Source of the DNA: Akkermansiaceae bacterium
GTDB taxonomy: Bacteria; Verrucomicrobiota; Verrucomicrobiia; Verrucomicrobiales; Akkermansiaceae
NCBI GenBank assembly: GCA_051251915.1
Contig: JBPOGF010000005.1
Coordinates: forward strand, 64,001-128,000
Direction: 5' to 3'
DNA length: 64,000 bases
Part shown: one piece after another, positions 46,397 through 56,493 of the stretch
Layout of the letters: the number at the start of each line of letters is the position of its first letter
Numbering within the stretch: position 1 is the first letter of the stretch
Notes under the pieces: model-generated
The model's database searches: none
Seen by the model: only the letters and a program-made list of their open reading frames with translations
Told to the model about the DNA's origin: nothing
Program-made: the position numbers and the translations under genes

Positions 46397-47296
46397 TTAT
46401 TTCAACGCCTGGGTGATGACTGTGATGTTGTGCTGGAATAAGCCAATGATAGACTTGTGTGAGTCCGCATAGATTTTTGGTGCGAGTTTGATTCCCGATG
46501 CCTTACTCACAGCTTGGAGGGCCTTTGGGTTTGCGGATTCGTCTGGAAAGATGGCTTTAATATTCTTTTGTTTAATAATAGATATCGCTTCTGCTATATA
46601 TTGAGGGGATGCGGCTTGTTCACTGTTGAGTCCACGTAGGGGTAAGGATTGGAAGCCATAGTCCTTGCAGAAGTAACCGAAGGCGGCGTGTGCTGTGGCA
46701 AGTGTGCGTTCAGATTTTGGAATAGTAGCGATCTGGGTTTTTGCCCATGCGTTAAGCTGGTAAAGTTGTGCGCGGTAGGCTTTGGCACGAGCTTTATAGT
46801 ATGCGTTATTTTGAGGATCAAGTTTTGAGAGTTGGGATTCGAGTGTGTTTGCTGATTTGCGCCAGTTCTCAATAGACTGCCACCAATGAGGATCCATGAC
46901 GCCGTTACTGTGGTTCGGGCAGCAAACATAAGTAGACGACTTAGAGCTTATTTTTAGTGAGCGGATGTTTGTGCCTAATTCTAGCATGGTGGCGGATGAG
47001 CCGATGAGGGATTTAAGTTTTGGTAGATAGGGTTCTAGATTTTTGCCTGATGCAATGTAAAGCGATGCTCCTGATGCCTTTCTTAATGTTTTGGTGGTAG
47101 GATTAAATGAGTGGGGGTTTCCGTAAGTACCAATGAGGTCGATTACCTCTACTTTATCTCCACCTACTTGGCGAGCAAGGTCAGCAATGAGGGGGGAGAG
47201 GGTGGCGATTTTCACTTTTGCGTGGGAAATTGCGGTGAAGGTGAGGAATAAAAGTAGTGTTAGGAGTAACTTCATAAAAATAATAAAGCGCATCAT
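46397..47296 (-). CDS. Zn/Mn ABC transporter substrate-binding protein (TroA/ZnuA-like)
   Basis: NPHSF.P, DPHWW, HAAFGYF; start may be internal MKLLLT. Confidence 0.88.
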   Translation of the reverse strand: MMRFIIFMKLLLTLLLFLTFTAISHAKVKIATLSPLIADLARQVGGDKVEVIDLIGTYGNPHSFNPTTKTLRKASGASLYIASGKNLEPYLPKLKSLIGSSATMLELGTNIRSLKISSKSSTYVCCPNHSNGVMDPHWWQSIENWRKSANTLESQLSKLDPQNNAYYKARAKAYRAQLYQLNAWAKTQIATIPKSERTLATAHAAFGYFCKDYGFQSLPLRGLNSEQAASPQYIAEAISIIKQKNIKAIFPDESANPKALQAVSKASGIKLAPKIYADSHKSIIGLFQHNITVITQALK

Positions 47297-47317
47297 TCAA
47301 AAATATCAAGTAAATTA

Positions 47318-47917
47318 ATGCAAATTAGTTGCGTTAGAGATGAGGTTGAGAGGTTTGACTTGTCAGTGACTAGATGTATGGATAGAGAAGGCGTCATGAA
47401 AGAGTCTAGCACGCGCACAGATTGGCATACGTGGGAACCTGTGATCCGCGCTACATTGATGTTCATTGTACAGGATGGTGAGGTGTTGTTAATTGATAAA
47501 CTTACTGGGATTGGTAAGGGGAAAGTTAATGGGCCTGGAGGTAAGATTGATCCTGGTGAGACTGCTGAGCAAGCGGTGATACGTGAATGCCAAGAAGAAT
47601 TGCATATTACACCTTTAAAACCTGTGAAGATGGGTGAGTTGTGTTTTGCAATGACAGACATCCCAGATATTCACTGTCATGTTTTTATGGCTTCAGCATT
47701 TACTGGCGAGCCTAGGTCGACTCGTGAAGCTAATCCACTCTGGAAAAAGACCTCAGAGATTCCTTACGAAAGGATGTGGGAAGATGATCGCTACTGGCTT
47801 CCAGAGATGCTGAACGGGAATAAATTTTTTGCGCAGTTTGATTTCGATTTAGAAGAAATCCAATGGATGAATGTGGAGTTAGGGGAGCAAACTGAAGCGT
47901 CTTGGCTGGGGGGTTAA
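47318..47917 (+). CDS. NUDIX hydrolase (8-oxo-dGTPase, MTH1-like)
   Basis: GGKIDPGET..QAVIRECQEE Nudix box; MWEDD.YW; real start likely downstream. Confidence 0.88.
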   Translation: MQISCVRDEVERFDLSVTRCMDREGVMKESSTRTDWHTWEPVIRATLMFIVQDGEVLLIDKLTGIGKGKVNGPGGKIDPGETAEQAVIRECQEELHITPLKPVKMGELCFAMTDIPDIHCHVFMASAFTGEPRSTREANPLWKKTSEIPYERMWEDDRYWLPEMLNGNKFFAQFDFDLEEIQWMNVELGEQTEASWLGG

Positions 47918-48672
47918 TCAGTTTGATAAAGTGAGCTTTTGCTGGATAGATTCCGTTCAATCTCAATATCGCCCAGGATATGGCTTTGGATGACTTTAAA
48001 TTGGTTCATTTTCATTAGCTCCAGCACTGCTAGGAATGTTACGATGACTTCGGATTTGGTAGTTGCATCATCGAAGAGGCTAAGGAAATTTTTACGTTCG
48101 CCAGGTTCGGTATTGTCTAGTAAGCTTGCGATTTTATCTGAAACGGTAAATCGGTCATCGATAATGTCACCTAGATCATTGCTTTCTTCAAACCTCTGAA
48201 GAACGCTTTGGAATGCGCGGATGAGGTCGAATATATTGGCGTCTGGTAGTGGCGCTGGCTCGTCATTTAGGATTTCTGGTTTCTCTGGGATATGAGCGAA
48301 ATAATCTTCTTGTTCGATGGCTTTTTGAGAGAGGAACCCTGCAGCATCTTTAAATTTCTTGTATTCGATAAGCTGACGGATTAGCTCCCAGCGTGGATCA
48401 TCTTCTTCCACGTCATCCTCAGGTGGTTGTTCTTGTTTTGGGAGCAGAGTTCGGCTTTTGATGTACATGAGATTCGCAGCCATGACGATAAATTCTGATG
48501 CTAGATCAATGTTAAGCAGTTTGAAAGTGTTGATGTAATCTAGATATTGTTTGGTAACTCTTTCTATCGAGATGTCGTAGATGTCCACTTCATCTTTTTT
48601 GATCAGATAAAGCAGCAGATCTAGTGGACCTTCGAATATGTCTAGCCGAACTTTGTATTTTTCTTCGCTCAC
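47914..48672 (-). CDS. scpA: Segregation and condensation protein A
   Basis: FEGPLDLLL.LI, KSRTLLP, TFLAVLEL. Confidence 0.93.
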   Translation of the reverse strand: MSEEKYKVRLDIFEGPLDLLLYLIKKDEVDIYDISIERVTKQYLDYINTFKLLNIDLASEFIVMAANLMYIKSRTLLPKQEQPPEDDVEEDDPRWELIRQLIEYKKFKDAAGFLSQKAIEQEDYFAHIPEKPEILNDEPAPLPDANIFDLIRAFQSVLQRFEESNDLGDIIDDRFTVSDKIASLLDNTEPGERKNFLSLFDDATTKSEVIVTFLAVLELMKMNQFKVIQSHILGDIEIERNLSSKSSLYQTD

Positions 48673-48734
48673 TTGTAATCAAGTTTATGGAGTTGTTGTT
48701 GATGGTGCAAGCTTGGGTAGTGATAATATTAAAC

Positions 48735-48765
48735 AAAAAGCCCCGTGAAATATATCACGAGGCTT
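48735..48765 (-). terminator. Intrinsic terminator
   Basis: aagccccgtga/tcacgaggctt stem with A5. Confidence 0.7.
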
Positions 48766-48802
48766 ATTAAAGAATATTGAAACTCTTGTTGAGAGCTAGA
48801 AA

Positions 48803-49243
48803 TTACTTACGACGACGTAGGATTAGAGCAAGGCCCCCAAGTCCAAGGAGAGCTGTTGAGCTAGGCTCTGGCACAGCATTGAATTCGAAGTCACTGTATG
48901 ATCCAGTTCCAAGTGTTAATTTGGTACCGTCATCAACTAGTGCGTATCCGAATGGGTTAAACACACCAGAATATGAAACCTTAGTTTCGTCATAATCGAT
49001 GATAACTGTTGAATTTTCGTTTACAGTAATTGAAATTCTACCACTTGAACCAGTAGTGATTTGGCCTGAGTCTGTGGAAGGTGGTGCGATAACACTCTCT
49101 GTGAGGTTAAATAGAGCTCCTTCTTGTGTGATAGAGAGGTCACCAATAACTGAATCATTTAGTGTTGTTAGATCGAGTGTGAAAGCAGAAGCTGCTGAAG
49201 TCAGACCTGCTACGCAGATTGATGTTAATAATGTTTTGTTCAT
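48803..49243 (-). CDS. PEP-CTERM sorting domain protein (copy 1)
   Basis: Signal peptide and C-terminal VPEPSSTALLGLGGLALILRRRK. Confidence 0.92.
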   Translation of the reverse strand: MNKTLLTSICVAGLTSAASAFTLDLTTLNDSVIGDLSITQEGALFNLTESVIAPPSTDSGQITTGSSGRISITVNENSTVIIDYDETKVSYSGVFNPFGYALVDDGTKLTLGTGSYSDFEFNAVPEPSSTALLGLGGLALILRRRK

Positions 49244-49405
49244 AGTATTTTGTTTGGGGTTAGAATTGAATTCACCGTCATAATATACATAATATACTCA
49301 ACATCAATTAAAAGTTTTAAAAAGTTTACTTTTAATAAAAAAACATCGGATTAATTACATGAAAAGTAGGTAAAGTGTTATATGTATATGTGATTGTTTA
49401 AAAAC

Positions 49406-49436
49406 AAAAAACCCTGTGAAATGAATCACAGGGTTT
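49406..49436 (-). terminator. Intrinsic terminator
   Basis: aaaccctgtga/tcacagggttt stem with A-tract. Confidence 0.75.
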
Positions 49437-49473
49437 AGTGCGGAATTTTTAAACTCTCTTGATAATTATGCGA

Positions 49474-49914
49474 TTACTTACGGCGACGTAAGATGAGAGC
49501 AAGGCCACCAAGTCCAAGTAGTGCTGTTGAGCTAGGCTCTGGCACAGCGTCGAATTCGAAGTTAGCGTATGATCCAGTGTGAAGTGTTAGTGCGCTTCCG
49601 CTATCATTGATAGTATAGCCGAATGGGTTGTAGACACCGCTATATGAAACCTTAGTATTGTCATAGTTAATGACTACAGTTGAATTCTGGTTTACAGTGA
49701 TGGAAACATCACCTGTTCCACCTGTGGTGAATTCGCCAGCTTCTGTTGCAGGTGCATCAACAACACCTTCTTCAATAGTGAAAACAGCGCCCTCTTGTGT
49801 GAGAGTGTGGCTTCCAATGACGGTATTGTTAAGTGTTGATAGATCTAGTGTGAAAGCAGAAGCTGCTGAAGACAGCGCTACTGCACAAATTGATGTTAGT
49901 AGTAATTTGTTCAT
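49474..49914 (-). CDS. PEP-CTERM sorting domain protein (copy 2)
   Basis: Same length (146 aa), collinear with copy 1, identical PEP-CTERM tail. Confidence 0.92.
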   Translation of the reverse strand: MNKLLLTSICAVALSSAASAFTLDLSTLNNTVIGSHTLTQEGAVFTIEEGVVDAPATEAGEFTTGGTGDVSITVNQNSTVVINYDNTKVSYSGVYNPFGYTINDSGSALTLHTGSYANFEFDAVPEPSSTALLGLGGLALILRRRK

Positions 49915-50023
49915 AGTATTATATAATTTGGGGTTGGAGATAATTCCACCTTCAGATTACATAAATTACTATTAGGGTCAATGAAAAGTTTTTAAAACTT
50001 TATATTATAACTCATGATGAATA

Positions 50024-50818
50024 TCACTTTATTTTATTAACGTCGAGATTATTAATAAAACTTTTTAATTCAAGTGTCTTAATTATGGCTTGTCCGTTTG
50101 CTACGTAGTTCTTTTCTCTTTCTTTAACAACTCCGATATCTTTAGTGAACCAGATTTCTTTAGATTGTATGATTTTATTGCTACCCTTTATTATCTGATC
50201 CATCTGAATCTTGTCTGCGATGTATTTAGTTCCTTGGATCTCTATTTCGTTTGCCTTATCAACGATTCGGAATTGAAAGTCTGGTAAGCCTGTAGCAGTC
50301 CAGGACCATTTATCTGCAACTTCAGACTTCTCATTATAGAGTAAAATAGGATTTACGCTGATCATCCCCTTCTTTAAATCAGGGTTTTCAGGGTCATGAT
50401 GGTAGGTGCCAAAATAATAGAGTGCGCCTTCTCTATATTCTAGGATTTGCTTTTTTGAGAGTTTGCCATCAATGAAGACATTGATTTGTGGTGCTTTCCT
50501 TTTGAGTGCCTCTACTTCTTTGAGTCCTGCACTTTGTTGAATTTCTTCGTATCTATAGATCATCCCTCGTTTAGTTTTCTCACCTGGATCCTTTAGTGTG
50601 GATTCAAATTTGACTTCGTCAGGAATCTGGACTGAAACAGCATAAGTCCAGGTGTTGCCTTTTTTGAGCAGTTCAGAGCTGTCCGGAGCGATCAGGTTTT
50701 CTTCAGCGGGTTTATTCTCTTTAGTTTCTTGAGCATGAGTGGTGCTCTCGAGACTAATTATCACTAAAGGAGCTAAGGTAGCTAAGAGGGCCTTAGTATT
50801 GATGTTTTTTGGTATCAT
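50024..50818 (-). CDS. Secreted hypothetical protein
   Basis: Signal peptide; G.TWTY and WF.K.IG.VK motifs. Confidence 0.65.
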   Translation of the reverse strand: MIPKNINTKALLATLAPLVIISLESTTHAQETKENKPAEENLIAPDSSELLKKGNTWTYAVSVQIPDEVKFESTLKDPGEKTKRGMIYRYEEIQQSAGLKEVEALKRKAPQINVFIDGKLSKKQILEYREGALYYFGTYHHDPENPDLKKGMISVNPILLYNEKSEVADKWSWTATGLPDFQFRIVDKANEIEIQGTKYIADKIQMDQIIKGSNKIIQSKEIWFTKDIGVVKEREKNYVANGQAIIKTLELKSFINNLDVNKIK

Positions 50819-50841
50819 TAGGGTGTGGTATGTGAAATTAG

Positions 50842-51594
50842 TTAGTTGCTATTTTTGGAAATACTTGTGGCCGCATGTGGAGCCCCCAGACGTTTTTTGG
50901 GTGAAGCATATTTACTAGTAGGAAAACGGTGTGGTCTTCGGTTGTTTATAGCACACATCATAAACCAAAATATTAACAATGCAATGATAGGGACAATGAT
51001 AAGAAGTCCTATTTTCACGAGGTGATAGATGTATGTAATGAATTCTTGTGTCCTTGTATCTGCTGCGGTCTGCTTTTTTTTCTCTTCGTATTTTGGGCGT
51101 TCATTGAGGTAGGAGAGTCTACCCTTGATAATATCTGCAGCGTTCTCAATCAGATCTTGGGTATCTGGCTCACTGGCTAAACTCTGTTTTAGTGATGAAA
51201 TGCAGATGCTTAACTCGTTAACGTCCTCTAAAGCTGGCTGATTTTTGTAGAAAATATCTATAGTGTGTTGCCGAGAGAAAATTCCCACACAGATGAGAAC
51301 ATGAAACTTATTTGATGTATTTCCTTCTTTAGCTGCCTTTTCAAGTGCTGATTCCCAGTTCATGCGTGAGCCGACTTTGGTGTTATTCACGTTATAAAAA
51401 GCGTAACTTACTAGAGTATTCTGATCTGCTGAAATATTTGTTTGGCCTTTCTTCAGTATTTGTCTTTGGTCTTCTGTAATGAGGTCTTCGGGATCGATAA
51501 TTGAGTATTCTGCAGCCTGCAAACTTCCTAAGAGAACAAAGAGAGGAATTATTATGAGTGCTTTAAGAAGATTGATGCGGGATGAGAAGGTCAT
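50842..51594 (-). CDS. Membrane-anchored hypothetical protein (TPM-like)
   Basis: Signal peptide, IIDP..LIT, C-terminal TM then RLGAPHA. Confidence 0.55.
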   Translation of the reverse strand: MTFSSRINLLKALIIIPLFVLLGSLQAAEYSIIDPEDLITEDQRQILKKGQTNISADQNTLVSYAFYNVNNTKVGSRMNWESALEKAAKEGNTSNKFHVLICVGIFSRQHTIDIFYKNQPALEDVNELSICISSLKQSLASEPDTQDLIENAADIIKGRLSYLNERPKYEEKKKQTAADTRTQEFITYIYHLVKIGLLIIVPIIALLIFWFMMCAINNRRPHRFPTSKYASPKKRLGAPHAATSISKNSN

Positions 51595-52373
51595 CAGTTT
51601 TTTCTTTTGAAGATTTTATATTTTCTTTTAATCATCCGTTTTGAAGTATCCAAAACAGTAACCAATTCATTGAGGAGATTTGCGATATCGTTGCCGATGT
51701 TATCTTTATTTAGTTTACGATTTATCTCAGAGACGAGTGTTCTTGAGGGCTCATCAGGAATGAAAATCTCTGCCTGGTACCCATAAGTGATTGCGACCTT
51801 GTTTTTAGAGGTATCAATGAGTAGTAAGACATACCATTCCTTGTCCTCCTGTTTTTCTCCATCGGCTAGAGGGCATTGGTTTACCATCCAAATTGCCATT
51901 TGGTGCACCTCAACATTGGCTTGTAGAGGGAGTAAACAGACCTTGGGGATGAACTGTGGATAGCGTTTCTTGATGAATAAGATGGAGTCTTTGATGCGTT
52001 CCGTCTCACTTTTATCTAATCTATTTGAGAAATCTAATACTGGTTCAAGTGTAGGAAGGTGGTCCAGTGGGAGAAGTTTTTCAAGGTAGCTGAATGAAAA
52101 CCCGCAATAGTCGCAGCGATCTAGGGTGCGTTTCTTAAGGATTCTGATGCATTCGGGACAACGTGGTAGGTCACTTGCTAGTTGGCTGGCAAATAATTCT
52201 TTTTTCGAGAGGTTGTCTGGTAAGCCAGATGGATGTTTTAGATTTGTATCTAGATCGTCGTCATCAAGTGGGGCATCTAGGCCATCAACTCTGGAGTCAT
52301 CGATCGGCACATATTTTGCTTTAGAGTGCATGGTGGAATTGCTGTTTTTGGCATCATAGTTTCTGAAGGGCAT
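51594..52373 (-). CDS. Zinc-ribbon plus TPM-domain protein
   Basis: CPEC..CDYCG; VLLLID......ITYGY..E. Confidence 0.65.
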   Translation of the reverse strand: MPFRNYDAKNSNSTMHSKAKYVPIDDSRVDGLDAPLDDDDLDTNLKHPSGLPDNLSKKELFASQLASDLPRCPECIRILKKRTLDRCDYCGFSFSYLEKLLPLDHLPTLEPVLDFSNRLDKSETERIKDSILFIKKRYPQFIPKVCLLPLQANVEVHQMAIWMVNQCPLADGEKQEDKEWYVLLLIDTSKNKVAITYGYQAEIFIPDEPSRTLVSEINRKLNKDNIGNDIANLLNELVTVLDTSKRMIKRKYKIFKRKN

Positions 52374-52487
52374 AGATCAACTTAAAACCATGATTATAAA
52401 CTAGAATCAGAATTATAATGTGATATTTTTGTGATCTGTGGCAAGTTGTATTCAGAAATAAGAGTTTCTAACAAAAAAAATAAAAAA

Positions 52488-52823
52488 ATGGATAATAACG
52501 ATACAAATCAAAACCAAGATAGCATCAAGGATACAATGGATTCTCTCAACGAGACATTTAAGAGTGCCGCTGATGATGCAAAAAGTAAGGCAAAAGAAGC
52601 TGCTCCTAAAGTCAAAGAAGCACTCAAAAATGCAGCTCATGATATGGCATACGGAGCAGCATATGGAGCGTCGTTTGCTGGGGCACTAGCTGCAGAGTTT
52701 CTCCCGCAGGCAGTCAAAGACGGTCTTGCTGAGGGATCAAACGCAGGAAAAAATGCGGCTCAGAACACTGCTGAGAAATATAAGACTGGTGAAGCCTGTG
52801 AGGGCGAGTGTTCCGCGTCATAG
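52488..52823 (+). CDS. Hypothetical Ala-rich protein
   Basis: ATG at 52488; AYGAAYGASFAG; followed by terminator. Confidence 0.6.
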   Translation: MDNNDTNQNQDSIKDTMDSLNETFKSAADDAKSKAKEAAPKVKEALKNAAHDMAYGAAYGASFAGALAAEFLPQAVKDGLAEGSNAGKNAAQNTAEKYKTGEACEGECSAS

Positions 52824-52859
52824 ATTATCTTGTTTGTAGAACTGAGCAATAAATTCATC

Positions 52860-52904
52860 ACAGCCCGTATCCACTTAATAGGTGATCAGATACGGGCTGT
52901 TTTT
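52860..52904 (+). terminator. Intrinsic terminator
   Basis: acagcccgtatc/gatacgggctgt 12-bp stem plus T-tract. Confidence 0.75.
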
Positions 52905-52955
52905 ATCTAGTCTAAATCACTTGCAATCGTGCTTGTGATGGATGATGCTCTAAGC

Positions 52956-53552
52956 ATGGCTATAGAAGCAGTGACTAAGATTACAGGCAGGGCTGTCCCT
53001 GTGCCCGGAGCAGATGTGGACACCGATAGAATTATCCCAGCGAGGTTTCTCAAGTGCGTGACATTTGATGATCTAGCTGAAGGCATGTTTTACGATGAGC
53101 GATTTGAAGCAGATGGATCATCCAAGCAACACCCGATTGACCAAGCGGCTTACCAAGGTGCATCTATCTTGGTAGTGGGGCCTAACTTTGGTTGTGGGTC
53201 ATCACGTGAGCATGCACCGCAGTCAATTAAACGATTTGGGTTTAAAGCAATTGTAGGGGTAAGTTATGCAGAGATATTCTTTGGGAATTCAACAAACCTG
53301 GGTATGCCTTGTGTAAGTATGAGTGAGGTAGATAATGAGAAGTTGATGCAGATGGTGGCGAGTAATCCTGATGCTGAAATGAACATTAATCTTGAGGCTC
53401 TTGAGGTAAGTTTTGCAGATACCACATTTAAAATCACAATGCCAGATGGCGCCCGTGAGGCATTAATTAGCGGAAAATGGGATGTGATTCAAGAGCTAGT
53501 GGATCATGACGATCAGATCAACGCAGTGGCGGATAGCCTAGCGTATGTATAG
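52956..53552 (+). CDS. leuD: 3-isopropylmalate dehydratase small subunit
   Basis: DVDTDRIIPARFL, NFGCGSSREHAP, SYAEIFFGN; start trimmed to MAIEAV. Confidence 0.93.
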   Translation: MAIEAVTKITGRAVPVPGADVDTDRIIPARFLKCVTFDDLAEGMFYDERFEADGSSKQHPIDQAAYQGASILVVGPNFGCGSSREHAPQSIKRFGFKAIVGVSYAEIFFGNSTNLGMPCVSMSEVDNEKLMQMVASNPDAEMNINLEALEVSFADTTFKITMPDGAREALISGKWDVIQELVDHDDQINAVADSLAYV

Positions 53553-53569
53553 AGTATTTTTTAAAATTT

Positions 53570-54331
53570 ATGAGTAAAGAACCTCCATTTATAGAAGTCC
53601 GAGATCTGCACCAACGATTTGGTACTCAACATGTACTTAAGGGGGTGAATACTCATGTCAATAAAGGTGAGACTCTTGTTCTTCTTGGAGGCTCTGGTGG
53701 TGGTAAAAGCGTGCTTGTTAAACACTTCATCGGGCTACTCAGTCCTTACAGCGGTCAAGTGATTGTTAATGGCGAAGATATTTCAAATATGAATGAGCGC
53801 CAACTGGGCAAAGTCAGGCGCTCCATGGGGATGATGTTTCAAAATGGAGCTCTTTTCGACTTTATGAGTGTTGGTCAAAACATTGCATTCCCATTACGTG
53901 AACGGGGAATTAAAGATGAAGAAGAGATCAAGAAGCGCGTTCTTGAGACCTTAGAAATTGTCAAACTTCCTGGTCAAGAAAGTAAGATGCCAGCCGAGCT
54001 ATCAGGCGGAATGCGTAAGCGCGTAGCATTGGCTCGGGCTATTGTGGACCGGCCGGAATGTGTTCTTTATGATGAACCACATGCTGGACTGGATCCAATT
54101 ACAGGAGACTCTATTGATCATCTGATCAAGGACCTTCAAAATGACCATGGCATGACTAATGTCATCATCACTCACGAGATGCGTAGCGTTTTCCGTATAG
54201 CAGACAGGGTGATTTTTCTAAAACAAGGACAGATTTACTGGGAAGGCACCCCAGAAGAAATGAAAGCCAGCGGAGACCCTGAGCTCTTAGACTTTATCGA
54301 GGGAGTAGCACGTGAAGTGGTGATCTCTTAA
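53570..54331 (+). CDS. mlaF: ABC transporter ATP-binding protein (MlaF/Mkl type)
   Basis: GGSGGGKS, FQNGALFD, LSGGMRKRVALARA, DEPHAGLDP. Confidence 0.85.
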   Translation: MSKEPPFIEVRDLHQRFGTQHVLKGVNTHVNKGETLVLLGGSGGGKSVLVKHFIGLLSPYSGQVIVNGEDISNMNERQLGKVRRSMGMMFQNGALFDFMSVGQNIAFPLRERGIKDEEEIKKRVLETLEIVKLPGQESKMPAELSGGMRKRVALARAIVDRPECVLYDEPHAGLDPITGDSIDHLIKDLQNDHGMTNVIITHEMRSVFRIADRVIFLKQGQIYWEGTPEEMKASGDPELLDFIEGVAREVVIS

Positions 54332-54354
54332 AACAACTTACCAATCAAAATTTT

Positions 54355-55404
54355 ATGGCAATCAAAGAAAAAAGATCAGAAGCAATCGTAGGGTTATTCC
54401 TGCTCGTAGGGCTGGCGGTGCTTGGCGCTCTCGTTGTGAAATTTGGTCGTGTTGGGGAGAGCAATATGGAAGGTAGATATAGTGTAGAGATCACTTTCAA
54501 CGATGCATCTGGATTGATCAAAGGCAGCGAAATACGCATGGGTGGAGCAAGGATTGGTAAAATTACCAACACACCAGAACTCCAAGAGGATCTTAAAGTG
54601 CTCGTTCAAATGCGTCTTACTGGGAAAATTAAGATTGATAAAAATAGTTCATTTCAGATTCAGTCACTTTCTATTCTGGGAGATAAGATGATTGTTGTCT
54701 CACCTCCAGAACAGCCTAGTGGTGAATATTTAGCAGATGGTGATGTGTTAAGTGGTTCAGGAGCTGGTGGACTGGAAGCTCTACAGTCAGATGCTGAGTC
54801 AGTAGCTAGAGATGCTCGAGTACTGATGAAGGATGCTAGAACAACATTACTTAAAGTGGACTCATCACTTGATGATATACGTGCTGTTGCCGGGGGGCTT
54901 GCTGAGTCCATTGATAAGATAAATACAGACCTTCTAGATGAAAAAAGCATCACAAGTCTAAAGACTTCGATTGCTAACTTGGAGCAAGTCACCTCTAGCT
55001 TCAAAGACATAGGTGATGAAGTGAAGCCTACTTTCAACGATGTAAGAGAAGCTATCGCCAGCGTCAAATCTGCTGCGGACGCAGCGACTAAGACTTTTGA
55101 CGGTGCGAGTGTGCAGCTGAAGAATATCGAGCCAGCGCTTGCGAGTATCCCTGAGGCTGTTGGGAGTTTTCAATCTGTTGCAGCAAAAGCTGAGGGAGTC
55201 CTAGGCGAAGCTGAGAAAACAATCACCAAGATTAATAAGAGTGATGGAATGCTCAATACTCTGACAGATGATAAAGAATTTAGTAAAGACACCAAGCAGT
55301 TCGTCAAAAACCTCAAGCATTACGGCATCCTCCGATATAAAGATGACGAGACGTATGACGAAAAAGACCCCAAGGATAACCGCTATCGAGCAAGAAGAAG
55401 ATAG
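54355..55404 (+). CDS. mlaD: MlaD/MCE family protein
   Basis: VGLF TM, F.DASGL.KGS.I..GG..IG, LGDK; coiled-coil tail. Confidence 0.85.
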   Translation: MAIKEKRSEAIVGLFLLVGLAVLGALVVKFGRVGESNMEGRYSVEITFNDASGLIKGSEIRMGGARIGKITNTPELQEDLKVLVQMRLTGKIKIDKNSSFQIQSLSILGDKMIVVSPPEQPSGEYLADGDVLSGSGAGGLEALQSDAESVARDARVLMKDARTTLLKVDSSLDDIRAVAGGLAESIDKINTDLLDEKSITSLKTSIANLEQVTSSFKDIGDEVKPTFNDVREAIASVKSAADAATKTFDGASVQLKNIEPALASIPEAVGSFQSVAAKAEGVLGEAEKTITKINKSDGMLNTLTDDKEFSKDTKQFVKNLKHYGILRYKDDETYDEKDPKDNRYRARRR

Positions 55405-55419
55405 ACTAAAACAATCAAC

Positions 55420-56481
55420 ATGGATCTCATAGAAACACTTTGTAGAGTAGCTTTAGAAAATGGGGCGGAAGATCTCTATTTAAAACAAAGCGGAACGCCA
55501 AGACTCAGGATCAAAGGTGATCTGATAGAGATTGAGGATACTATTTTCAGTGAGGACGACATGGAGCGATTTCTCGATAAATGTGGCTATGACGAGTCAC
55601 CGACCAAGGAGGCGGATCTAGCATGGGAAAATGCGGCAGGTCAGAGATTCAGAGTGAATGTTTTTGACTCACTTGGAACCCGCTGCGCTGTACTCAGGCC
55701 ACTCAGAGAAGTGACTCAAAGCATGATGGCCTTAGGCTTGCCAGTGGAGAGAATTCAAAATTGGCTGAGTAGAAACCACGGGCTGATCCTTTTTACAGGA
55801 GCGACTGGCAGTGGGAAATCCACTAGCCTTGCGAGTTGTTTAAGCTGGGTTAGTAGGAAGTTTAAAAAGCACATTATTACCGTTGAAGACCCAGTGGAAT
55901 ATTTGCTGAAGAGCGACCAATCACTCGTTTCTCAGCGTCAAGTAGGCACCGATACTGCGTCATTCCATGATGGTCTCCGCGCGGCACTCAGACAGAGTCC
56001 AGATGTTATATTCGTAGGTGAAATACGAGACTACGAGACAGCAAAGTCAGCGCTCCACGCCTGTGAAACTGGGCATTTAGTTGTCTCTACATTGCATTCT
56101 AGTAATGTGGCTGAGACAGTCCAACGTATACTGATGCTCTTCCCTGCAGAAGAACGTGAAGGAGCTCTGCATGTTATTAGCCGTCAACTGCTAGGGATTA
56201 TCAGTCAAAAACTTGTTCCTGGAGAAGATGGTAACTTACACCTTTTACTAGAACATTTAGAGAATGCAGGGGCAGTTAAAAAATGGTTAGAGAATGCCGA
56301 GATTAACAAGATTTCTGATTTCCTGGCACAGGGCAGCCAAGGCGAAAACGTGACGTTTATCAATTCCATCATACTCGCTTTCAAATCTGGTCAAATCAGT
56401 GAGGACACCGCCAGAAATGCCTGTGATGATCCTGCTGACTTTAACCGCATCATGTTAGGAGTTAGCCACGGCTCGCGCTAA
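55420..56481 (+). CDS. PilT/PilU family ATPase
   Basis: GATGSGKST, EDPVEY, ALRQSPDVI.VGEIRD, ETGHLV.STLH. Confidence 0.9.
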   Translation: MDLIETLCRVALENGAEDLYLKQSGTPRLRIKGDLIEIEDTIFSEDDMERFLDKCGYDESPTKEADLAWENAAGQRFRVNVFDSLGTRCAVLRPLREVTQSMMALGLPVERIQNWLSRNHGLILFTGATGSGKSTSLASCLSWVSRKFKKHIITVEDPVEYLLKSDQSLVSQRQVGTDTASFHDGLRAALRQSPDVIFVGEIRDYETAKSALHACETGHLVVSTLHSSNVAETVQRILMLFPAEEREGALHVISRQLLGIISQKLVPGEDGNLHLLLEHLENAGAVKKWLENAEINKISDFLAQGSQGENVTFINSIILAFKSGQISEDTARNACDDPADFNRIMLGVSHGSR

Positions 56482-56493
56482 AATATTAGCTTT

